Assembly (NCBI GenBank): GCA_001798185.1 | Contig: MGRM01000005.1 | Location: 19,925-83,924, forward strand | Source: Deltaproteobacteria bacterium RIFCSPHIGHO2_02_FULL_44_16 | Lineage (GTDB): Bacteria; UBA10199; 2-02-FULL-44-16 | DNA: 64,000 bases | Direction: 5' to 3' | Part shown: one piece after another, positions 19,580-27,576 of the stretch | Layout of the letters: each line of letters begins with the position of its first letter | How positions within the stretch are numbered: the first letter of the stretch is position 1 | The notes under the pieces: model-generated | Told to the model about the DNA's origin: nothing | What the model saw: the letters and a program-made list of their open reading frames with translations, nothing else | The model's database searches: none | Program-made: the position numbers and the translations under genes

Positions 19580-19969
19580 ATGATGATTCATATACCAGTG
19601 TCAGTAGGTGAGCTTCTGGACAAGATGACAATTTTGGAGATCAAAACAGAACGCATTGCCGATGCGAAGAAAAGAAAAAATTGTCAGAAGGAATACGATC
19701 TTCTGGAACATATCGCGAAGACTCACGGTATTCTTTTCATGGCTGAGCGTGCAGAGTTGAAGCGTGTGAATGAATGGCTTTGGGAGATTGAAGATTCTAT
19801 GCGAAAGAAAGAAGCCAAAAAAGAATTTGATCAGGATTTTATTGAACTCACGCGAGATGAATACCGAGCAAATGATACGCGAGCGAAGATTAAAAAGGAA
19901 ATTAATCTCGCGTCTGGATCAGAGCTTATCGAAGAAAAGGAATATGTTGCCTACGATCTGAATAAATGA
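19580..19969 (+). CDS. Hypothetical protein.
   Basis: A strong RBS (aaaggggaaataATG) precedes this charged 129-aa protein. No family was recognised. Confidence 0.45.
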   Translation: MMIHIPVSVGELLDKMTILEIKTERIADAKKRKNCQKEYDLLEHIAKTHGILFMAERAELKRVNEWLWEIEDSMRKKEAKKEFDQDFIELTRDEYRANDTRAKIKKEINLASGSELIEEKEYVAYDLNK

Positions 19970-20844
19970 AGAACTTTCTCTGCAAAGGAAAAAAAGGCGA
20001 TCTCATCATGTCCCTCTATATCGTGAAAGCGATGGGGGGAGGGAATGTTTTGATTACCCCGGGAGAATTTGAAGAACCACTTGAGAGTGTTCTCGAATCG
20101 TGCGGCAAGCTTGTATTATCGCAACCCTATGTCCATTCTTTTCGGATCTACAAAGATGAGCCGATCGATATCGATCTCGATGCATTTCGACATCATAAGA
20201 TGCTTTTTCGCACGACACTTCTTGATGTCATGTGTCATGCACAACATCTGCCCTCGCCACAAAATGTTCAAAGTTGGATCGATGTTCCCGGTGATACTTC
20301 ATTTGCAGACAAAATTATTATTCATCGTCGAGCGGTCGTCAAAGCACGTGCGAATCCGCTTTTTGATTGGGATGCTCTTATCTCTCGGTTGGGAGCGAAA
20401 AATTTTCTCTTTGTGTCACGTCTTGAAGGAGAGTGGAAAGAATTTGGTCGCAAAGAAGTAGAATATTATAAACCTGCAGATAACTATGAACATGCTCGTG
20501 TGTTGAAAGGTTCGAAGCTCTATATTGGCAATCAATCCTTCCCTTCTGCCTTGGCTGATGCTCTCGGAGTACGACGCATTTTCGAAGTCATGACCGGCAT
20601 CGACCGACGTCATTTCGCTATCGATTATGCGTCAAATGCCTGGTATTTTGCGACCCCTTGGGATTGCACCCTCAAACATTTTCGTTATCTCGCGAAAGAC
20701 AATGGACATTATGATGATGTGGTGACGGGCGAGTCTGTTCACGTGCCTCTGGAATTTCACTACAATCGGATGCAAACATTACGTCATGAAGCTCACTATT
20801 ATAAATCCCTCCTCAAACAATACGTGAAAGTTCTATGTCTTTAG
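19966..20844 (+). CDS. Hypothetical protein, possibly a GT9 (heptosyltransferase-like) C-terminal domain.
   Basis: LYIGNQSFPSALADALGVRRI weakly resembles the GT9 motif IGNDSGPMHLAAA. The assignment is weak. Confidence 0.35.
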   Translation: MKNFLCKGKKGDLIMSLYIVKAMGGGNVLITPGEFEEPLESVLESCGKLVLSQPYVHSFRIYKDEPIDIDLDAFRHHKMLFRTTLLDVMCHAQHLPSPQNVQSWIDVPGDTSFADKIIIHRRAVVKARANPLFDWDALISRLGAKNFLFVSRLEGEWKEFGRKEVEYYKPADNYEHARVLKGSKLYIGNQSFPSALADALGVRRIFEVMTGIDRRHFAIDYASNAWYFATPWDCTLKHFRYLAKDNGHYDDVVTGESVHVPLEFHYNRMQTLRHEAHYYKSLLKQYVKVLCL

Positions 20845-22202
20845 TGAATAAATCTCTCAGCATTTTTAATCGAGAAATTGTGTTTACCTTTCTCCGGCTC
20901 GGTACCGGAGCCATCGTGGCACGAAAACTTGGCCCGACCGGCATGGGTATTTGGGCAGCGCTTGATTTGATTGTGAATTATTCTCGTGTTTTTGGAGCTC
21001 CTCGTCTCGAAATCGCGACGGTCTATTTTTGGAGCCAAAAACAATGGAACCGAGGAGAAATTCTTTTTACGGTCAATGTCGTCGGTTTTACGATGGGACT
21101 TTTACTCTGCTTTCTTCTTTCCTTTCAGCATGATTTGTTACGAACTTTTTTTGTAAAAACAAATATTGAACCTTTGCTCATGATCCTTGTTTTTGCGCAT
21201 TTGCCTCTGCGTTTTGTAAAAAGGAATTATCATTACTTTCTTTTGGCCCAAGAGGATACGCAATCTTACAATCGTGTTTTGGTGATTGATGATGTCCTGA
21301 AAGCCATGATCACTATAACGCTTTTACTCTTTTTTGATCTCGGTCTTTGGTCCCTTGCGATTGCGATTCATATTTCAAGCGCATGCGCCTTTGTCTATGC
21401 TGCTGTAAAAGTCCGACGAACTCAGCGTATGGTCGTGCACCATAACGTGAAACTTTTTTTTACGATGCTCCGCTTTAGTATGAAAGTGTATGTCTCGGAA
21501 GCGAGCGGTTTTTTAACCATCTATATCTCCAATTTAATTACCGCTCTTTTCCTTGGTCCTGCTCAGCTTGCTTTTTTTTCCATGGGAAAGGGAAAGGCTG
21601 AATGGTTGAATCGTATCACCAATGCGATTGCGACAGTGCTCTATCCGAGAGTTTCACACCTGCAAGGGAGTGGACAGGATGCCTCGATAACCACAACCGA
21701 TGCTTCACGCATCTCCCTTCTCATCTTATCCGTTGCTGCTTTTTTCTTATCCCTTTTCATTTATCCCGCCACGCTTCTTCTCTATGGTCGGGAATTTAGT
21801 CCTTTGGTGATTGTTTTCTTTCTTATTCTACCGGGTTTTATTTTTCATTCGGTCACGAGTCTGCAGCGACAGTATTTTCTTGGAATTGGAAGAGCTGATA
21901 TTCCGATGAAAATCAATATGATACCTCTCATCTTGCAAGCAACACTTTGCTATCTTTTTATTCCCAAAATGGGATTTATGGGGGGAGCCATTGCTGTATC
22001 GCTGACTCATCTGATGATGTCTGCGATCACGGTTATCGTGTATCGTCGCATGACCGGAATTACCTTTTCACAGCTTTTACTCCCTACGCGAAGGGATAGA
22101 GATTATTTGGTCCAGCTCGTGATGACCAAGCTTCAGATTTTCTTCGACATGCTTCGACGAATGTTTGGAAGAGTTCTTCAGAGTCTTTATGAAAAAGTTT
22201 AA
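20835..22202 (+). CDS. wzx: Wzx-type oligosaccharide flippase (MOP superfamily polysaccharide biosynthesis protein).
   Basis: The 455-aa protein has about 12 predicted transmembrane helices and an N-terminus typical of polysaccharide_synt/Wzx proteins. Confidence 0.65.
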   Translation: MSLVNKSLSIFNREIVFTFLRLGTGAIVARKLGPTGMGIWAALDLIVNYSRVFGAPRLEIATVYFWSQKQWNRGEILFTVNVVGFTMGLLLCFLLSFQHDLLRTFFVKTNIEPLLMILVFAHLPLRFVKRNYHYFLLAQEDTQSYNRVLVIDDVLKAMITITLLLFFDLGLWSLAIAIHISSACAFVYAAVKVRRTQRMVVHHNVKLFFTMLRFSMKVYVSEASGFLTIYISNLITALFLGPAQLAFFSMGKGKAEWLNRITNAIATVLYPRVSHLQGSGQDASITTTDASRISLLILSVAAFFLSLFIYPATLLLYGREFSPLVIVFFLILPGFIFHSVTSLQRQYFLGIGRADIPMKINMIPLILQATLCYLFIPKMGFMGGAIAVSLTHLMMSAITVIVYRRMTGITFSQLLLPTRRDRDYLVQLVMTKLQIFFDMLRRMFGRVLQSLYEKV

Positions 22203-24030
22203 AAAAATACTTCGTTCTCTCAAACGTTCTTTTGTGACGGTCTCACGATTTCTCCGATTTGGAGATAGTCATAAGGTTGTTTTTTTTGAAACGCTCTCTT
22301 CCGAAAATAAAACGTTGCCTTCACGAAGAGATGTTCTGCGCTGGATTTCTCCCATTCTCAAAGAGATGGGGAGAACATTTGTGCGAGCTTACCGAGTTGG
22401 ACTTGGAGAAGCGCATACGCTTCATCCCGATCCGCTTTCCACAGCAGGAGGGGAGAGTTATGGAAAATGTCGAATCGGTTTTACGTACAAAAACGCCTTT
22501 TCGCTTTCCCATGCTCCTCAAGGAAGTGTGTCGCTGAATCTTTCAGATGAGGCTGCCGAAGGAATATACTTTTGGGTCGGGAAAAAATTTATTGAAACCG
22601 GTGATGGACTTTTGGATCTTTTTCTTGAAGGAAAAGATTCCACAAAAATTTTTTCAAAAAAATTAAATGCGCTTCATCACGCATGGGATCTTTTTTATTT
22701 TCCTTTAGCCCAAAAGAGCGGCGAATATAAATTCACGTGGAGTACACAAGGGGAGAAGAAGGATCTTTTACTGACTCCCCCTCTGATCAAACGAAAACAG
22801 GAACGAACTGTTCTTCTTCTCATCGCTGATGCTGTGCGACCTCAAGACATCGGGCTTTATTCAGGAGCTGTTCATACACCGATGCTCGATGCCTATTTTT
22901 CATCAGGAGTTCTTTTTCAAAATAGTTTTGCTCAAAGTAATTGGACGCTTCCGGCCTTTGCTTCGATTGCCACTTCTCACTATGCATCAGAACATGGCGT
23001 GGTCGATCCTGATCGCTATTCGCGTCCCATGGATCGACACGTTCCAACCTTAGGGGAAGTGATGCGCGCTCACGGATTTTATACCTATGGCTCTGTATCT
23101 CATTTTCGCAGTAACCAAGCTTATGGGCATCATCGTGGTTTTGAACACTTTGACTATGCAAGTACGATGCAAGAAAAACCGGGAACCACAGGAGTGGCAG
23201 GACAGAATAATATGCATCGTCAACTTCGGGAACTTTGTGCGTATGTTGACAATCTTCGCGGAGTGAATTTTTTTGGAATGATCCACTTTTTTGATACGCA
23301 TTTCCCCTATTTTTATAATCCCTATCAGCTCAACCAGCATGATCTTCTTTTTCAAAATTCTCTGGAATACTCTGTGCGAAAACCATTCACTCAGCAATTT
23401 ACGGAGGAAGAGTATCGGTATATGCTTCATCAGTATTATACGCGTCTTGCAGAGTTGGATGCTGCACTCGCGCAGCTCTTTTATGTTCTTCGAAACAGAG
23501 AGAACGTCACCGTTCTTTTTATGTCCGATCATGGATATTGTTTTGAGAAATCCCTTGGGCATGATTTGTCCTCTGATGAGATTGCAACTCCTCTTTTCAT
23601 AAGCTCCACTGAATTCAAGCTCGAAGGGGGGAAACATCAGCGCGTGACGCAGTCTTCGGTGGATATCCTGCCGACATTGACAACCCTTTTTGGGATTCAT
23701 GATGTAACTGCGCGCGCGGGAACCTCTCTGTTTGATCGCTCAGGAAAAGTTCTCCAGAAAGAAGTGGCAGTGTCAGAGTTGATCTATCATGAACTCTATC
23801 AAGTACGTCTTATTGGAAAAAAAGGAGCAACACTTTTGTTTGAAACCAAACGTTCTCGTAAGAGTGGAACGATTGAAGTTGACCAACTTTTTATCAAGGA
23901 CAATCGTTTTGACTCCCCCTCAGAAACATCTCTTGAAATGTTCCTTGCCTCTGTAGAAAGTTCAAAACTTTTTCCTTCACTCAAAAAGAAAATGTGTGAA
24001 CTGATTCGTTCTGGAGAGAACTTGCAATGA
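22189..24030 (+). CDS. Sulfatase-like (alkaline-phosphatase-superfamily) protein, paralog 1.
   Basis: LLLIADAVRPQDIGLYSG is the sulfatase N-terminal metal-site motif. At the CxPxR position the protein has TLPAF, that is Thr in place of Cys and no Arg. No transmembrane segment is predicted. Confidence 0.65.
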   Translation: MKKFKKILRSLKRSFVTVSRFLRFGDSHKVVFFETLSSENKTLPSRRDVLRWISPILKEMGRTFVRAYRVGLGEAHTLHPDPLSTAGGESYGKCRIGFTYKNAFSLSHAPQGSVSLNLSDEAAEGIYFWVGKKFIETGDGLLDLFLEGKDSTKIFSKKLNALHHAWDLFYFPLAQKSGEYKFTWSTQGEKKDLLLTPPLIKRKQERTVLLLIADAVRPQDIGLYSGAVHTPMLDAYFSSGVLFQNSFAQSNWTLPAFASIATSHYASEHGVVDPDRYSRPMDRHVPTLGEVMRAHGFYTYGSVSHFRSNQAYGHHRGFEHFDYASTMQEKPGTTGVAGQNNMHRQLRELCAYVDNLRGVNFFGMIHFFDTHFPYFYNPYQLNQHDLLFQNSLEYSVRKPFTQQFTEEEYRYMLHQYYTRLAELDAALAQLFYVLRNRENVTVLFMSDHGYCFEKSLGHDLSSDEIATPLFISSTEFKLEGGKHQRVTQSSVDILPTLTTLFGIHDVTARAGTSLFDRSGKVLQKEVAVSELIYHELYQVRLIGKKGATLLFETKRSRKSGTIEVDQLFIKDNRFDSPSETSLEMFLASVESSKLFPSLKKKMCELIRSGENLQ

Positions 24031-25442
24031 CCGATATTCCCCTGTGTGTCGATCTCGATGGGACACTTTTAAAGACTGATACCTTGGTCGAAGGTTTTCT
24101 TGCTTGTCTCAAAAAGAAACCGTTATCGTTGGTGCAAGCTCCATTTTGGTTGTTTAAAGGCAAAGCTGTCCTGAAACGAAAAATCTTTGAAACGATTGAG
24201 CTCAACCCCCATGTGCTTCCTTACCATCTCGATTTTTTAGACTATCTTCACGGAGAATATGAAAAGGGAAGGAAGCTCATTTTAGCAACTGCTGCGCATG
24301 AACGTATTGCAACTTCTATTGCGCAGCATCTCAATATTTTTTCCGAAGTATTTTCGACGAATCACACAAACTTAAAAGGTTCTTCTAAATGTGAAATATT
24401 GGAAAAAAGGTTTGGAAAGAAAAAGTTTGGATATGCAGGAAATGCTCACATTGATCTTTTGGTTTGGAAAGAAGCTGGAGAGGGTATTGTCGTCAACGCA
24501 TCACCTCGGTTATTACAAAAGGCGGAAAAAATGACCTCTGTGGTTAAATTTTTTCCTCAAAAAAGAGGAACTTTTTTGAAAATCTTGAAGGCCATGCGTC
24601 TTTATCAATGGGTGAAAAACTTGCTTGTTTTCATTCCATTGATCTTGGCTCATCGCGTTACAGAGATTTCACTTTTTCAAGATGCTGTGGTTGCATTTTT
24701 TTCTTTTGGACTATGTGCCTCGAGTGTTTATCTTTTAAATGATTTGCTCGATTTGGAAGCAGACCGTCTTCATCCCCGAAAACGGCTTCGTCCTTTTGCT
24801 TCCGGAGAACTGAGCCCTTGGATCGGTATTTTCTTCATTCCGCTTCTTTTGATAACGAGTTTTCTCACTGCGCTCACACTTTCGATCTGGTTTGTCGTTA
24901 CGCTTGGGATTTATTATGTGCTGACACTTTCTTATTCTCTCTATTTGAAACGCATTCCTCTGATCGATGTCGTGTTACTGGCGATGCTTTATACGCTTCG
25001 TTTGATTGCGGGGATTGCGTCAGTGCATGTTCCCATTTCGCCGTGGCTTTTTGCCTTTGCGCTCTTTTTCTTTTTAAGTTTAGCGCTTGTAAAACGATCT
25101 TCGGAATTAACGATGATGCAAAAAGAAAACCTGGAGAGTTCACTTGGTCGTGGCTATCGACCAGATGATTTAGAACTCCTGACCATGATGGGAATCTCCA
25201 GCGGATTTCTTTCGGTTTTGGTTTTGGCGCTCTACATTCACAGTGAAGATGTTTCAGTTTTATATGCGCAGCCAATGTTTCTCTGGCTTATCTGTCCTTT
25301 CTTCCTTTATTGGATCGGACGTATTTGGTTTTTGACGCGAAGAGGAGGAATTCCTGACGATCCCATTCTTTTCGCGGCGAAAGATAAAATAAGCTATGTG
25401 ATTGGGAGTTTTATCTTTTTTATTCTCTATGTGGCATCATGA
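24027..25442 (+). CDS. Fusion of an HAD-like phosphatase domain with a UbiA-family polyprenyl-phosphate phosphoribosyltransferase (DPPR synthase / Rv3806c-like).
   Basis: The N-terminal CVDLDGTLLK is HAD motif I. The C-terminal YQWVKNLLVF...YLLNDLLDLEADRLHPRKRLRP carries the UbiA NDxxDxxxD motif. Confidence 0.75.
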   Translation: MTDIPLCVDLDGTLLKTDTLVEGFLACLKKKPLSLVQAPFWLFKGKAVLKRKIFETIELNPHVLPYHLDFLDYLHGEYEKGRKLILATAAHERIATSIAQHLNIFSEVFSTNHTNLKGSSKCEILEKRFGKKKFGYAGNAHIDLLVWKEAGEGIVVNASPRLLQKAEKMTSVVKFFPQKRGTFLKILKAMRLYQWVKNLLVFIPLILAHRVTEISLFQDAVVAFFSFGLCASSVYLLNDLLDLEADRLHPRKRLRPFASGELSPWIGIFFIPLLLITSFLTALTLSIWFVVTLGIYYVLTLSYSLYLKRIPLIDVVLLAMLYTLRLIAGIASVHVPISPWLFAFALFFFLSLALVKRSSELTMMQKENLESSLGRGYRPDDLELLTMMGISSGFLSVLVLALYIHSEDVSVLYAQPMFLWLICPFFLYWIGRIWFLTRRGGIPDDPILFAAKDKISYVIGSFIFFILYVAS

Positions 25443-26758
25443 AAAATGATTCTGAAGTTCTTGAATCCTGGGGACGCAACCCACAGATTCAGCAATCATC
25501 GACTTCTCTTCATTGGAGAAGTGATATTCACTTTTCTTCAGAGAAGAAGATGTTGCCTTACGGAATGGGGCGAAGTTACGGTGATGTCTGTCTCCATGAA
25601 GGAGGACTTCTTCTGAAGACGAGAGGACTGAATCGTTTTTTAGAGTTCGATGCAGAAGAGGGGAGATTGATCTGCGAAGCAGGTGTCTCTTTTGAGGAGA
25701 TTCTCGATTTTGCTGTTCCTCGAGGGTGGTTTCTTCCGGTAACTCCGGGAACAAAATATGTGACGGTCGGTGGTGCGATTGCAAATGATGTGCATGGCAA
25801 AAACCATCACCGTGCAGGATCATTTGGTTGTCATGTCGTTCGTTTTGAACTGTTGCGTTCTGATGGAACGCACCTTCTTTGTAGTCAGACTGAAAATACT
25901 GATTGGTTTCGGGCCACGGTGGGAGGTTTAGGTCTTACCGGTGTTATTACCTGGGCTGACATTCGTCTCAAAAAAGTTGTCAGTCCCTTTATTCGTCAAG
26001 AAACGGTTCCATTTCGTTGTGTCGATGATTTTTTTGCACTTTCTGCTTCGAGCAATCGCGATTTTGAATACACCGTCGCCTGGATCGATTGTTTGGCGAA
26101 GGGGAAAAATCTTGGACGAGGTATTTTTATTCGTGGAAATCATGCAGAAATGAACTCAACAAAAAAGAATCCAAAGAGAAAAAAACCGACATGGAGTATT
26201 CCATGTCAGATGCCTTCTTTTCTTTTGAATCCATTGACGATCAAAGTTTTCAATGGAATGTATTATTTTTCTCAATGCTGGCGAAAAGATTCAAGGCTTG
26301 TTCACTTTGATCCTTTCTTTTATCCGCTCGATGCCGTGAAATGTTGGAATCGTCTGTACGGCCATCGCGGCTTTTTTCAATACCAGTGTGTTGTCCCTCC
26401 GCAGACAGCGCCAGAAAATATACGGCGTCTTCTCGACAAAGTTTCTCATTCAAAGCAAGCATCCTTCCTTTCCGTGTTGAAACAATTCGGTTCGCTTCCT
26501 TCTCCGGGAATGATGTCCTTTCCCCGAAAAGGAGTGACTCTTGCTATGGATTTTCCCAATCGTGGTATCAAAACTTCTCAACTTCTTCATCAACTGGATG
26601 ATATTGTGCAGAAAGTGGGAGGAGCTGTCTATCCGGCGAAAGATGCCTGTATGTCGCGTACCTCCTTTGCTGCTTATTATCCACGATGGAAAGAGTTTGC
26701 ATCGTATATTGATCCCCAGTTCTCATCCAGTTTCTGGAAAAGAGTGAAAGGTGAATAA
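25439..26758 (+). CDS. dprE1: Decaprenylphosphoryl-beta-D-ribose 2'-oxidase-like FAD oxidoreductase (DprE1 homolog).
   Basis: Conserved blocks GRSYGD, GTKYVTVGGAIANDVHGKNHHRAGSFG, ATVGGLGLTG, FYPLD, WNRLYGHRGFFQYQCVVP and GGAVYPAKD match DprE1 closely. Confidence 0.85.
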   Translation: MKNDSEVLESWGRNPQIQQSSTSLHWRSDIHFSSEKKMLPYGMGRSYGDVCLHEGGLLLKTRGLNRFLEFDAEEGRLICEAGVSFEEILDFAVPRGWFLPVTPGTKYVTVGGAIANDVHGKNHHRAGSFGCHVVRFELLRSDGTHLLCSQTENTDWFRATVGGLGLTGVITWADIRLKKVVSPFIRQETVPFRCVDDFFALSASSNRDFEYTVAWIDCLAKGKNLGRGIFIRGNHAEMNSTKKNPKRKKPTWSIPCQMPSFLLNPLTIKVFNGMYYFSQCWRKDSRLVHFDPFFYPLDAVKCWNRLYGHRGFFQYQCVVPPQTAPENIRRLLDKVSHSKQASFLSVLKQFGSLPSPGMMSFPRKGVTLAMDFPNRGIKTSQLLHQLDDIVQKVGGAVYPAKDACMSRTSFAAYYPRWKEFASYIDPQFSSSFWKRVKGE

Positions 26759-26764
26759 ACTTTC

Positions 26765-26823
26765 GTCATCCCCGCTTACGCGGGGATCTCATGAGATTCC
26801 CGCTTCCTGCATGCGGGAATGAC
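26765..26823. repeat. Double-hairpin palindromic repeat element, family 1, full copy.
   Basis: The sequence is gtcatccccgc-ttac-gcggggat ctcatg agattcccgc-ttcctgcat-gcgggaatgac. It lies intergenic between the dprE1-like and dprE2-like genes. Its ATG (26791) creates a spurious upstream ORF start. Confidence 0.7.
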
Positions 26824-26841
26824 AACCATGCGAGTGCACAT

Positions 26842-27576
26842 ATGAAAAATGTTCTGATTCTTGGCGCAACCTCTGCAATCGCTCACGAAGTAGCGAAGCT
26901 CTATGCTGATGAGCAAGCTCATCTCTTTTTGGTCGCAAGAAATGAATTCAAACTGGAAACAATCGCAAAGGATTTAATAGTACGAGGAGCAAAAGTAACA
27001 TCAGGTGTGGCGAACTTTCACGATTTTTCATCGCATCCAAGACTTCTTGAACAGATAAAAGAAAAACTTGGAAATATCGATGTGGTTCTTCTTGCCTATG
27101 GTTCTTTAGGGAATCAAGCGGAGAGTGAAAAGAATATCTCCGTTGCGCTTCAAGAAATAGAAACCAATTTTTTGACCGCATTTTCTCTGCTCTCTTTACT
27201 TGCTCATATCTTGGAAGCTCAGGGGAGTGGAACTCTTGCCGTGATCTCTTCTGTTGCTGGAGATCGTGGTCGTCAAAGTAATTATATCTATGGAACCGCA
27301 AAGGGGGCGCTCAATATTTTTTTACAGGGTTTGCGTAATCGTCTTTATAAAAAAGGAGTTCATGTGTTGACCATTAAACCCGGTTTTGTCGATACTCCTA
27401 TGACAACGCATCTCAAAAAAGGATTTTTATTTTCTTCTTCTCAAAAAGTGGGAAATGATATTTATAAAGCGATAGAAGAAAAAGAAGACGTCCTGTATAC
27501 TCCTCAATTTTGGAGAGCGATTATGTTTGTGATTCGAAATATTCCGGAAGCTCTTTTTAAAAGGCTCAACCTATGA
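26842..27576 (+). CDS. dprE2: Decaprenylphosphoryl-2-keto-ribose reductase-like SDR (DprE2 homolog).
   Basis: ILGATSAIA, AVISSVAGDRGRQSNYIYGTAKGALNIF and AIMFVIRNIPEALFKRL match DprE2 blocks. The real start is the ATG at 26842; the 26791 ORF start lies inside the repeat. Confidence 0.8.
   Translation: MKNVLILGATSAIAHEVAKLYADEQAHLFLVARNEFKLETIAKDLIVRGAKVTSGVANFHDFSSHPRLLEQIKEKLGNIDVVLLAYGSLGNQAESEKNISVALQEIETNFLTAFSLLSLLAHILEAQGSGTLAVISSVAGDRGRQSNYIYGTAKGALNIFLQGLRNRLYKKGVHVLTIKPGFVDTPMTTHLKKGFLFSSSQKVGNDIYKAIEEKEDVLYTPQFWRAIMFVIRNIPEALFKRLNL

Noticed and set aside
23050-23700. 216-aa minus-strand ORF inside the sulfatase-like gene.
   Set aside because: It is an antisense shadow ORF. The plus-strand product has clear sulfatase-family blocks. 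The same reasoning applies to 4674-5159, 9493-10071, 18727-19308, 52914-53426 and 58765-59208.
26791-26841. Extended N-terminus (MRFPLPACGNDNHASAH) of the DprE2-like ORF starting at 26791.
   Set aside because: The ATG lies inside the palindromic repeat, and the encoded peptide is repeat-derived. The SDR homology, including its glycine-rich N-terminal motif (ILGATSAIA), begins at the ATG at 26842.
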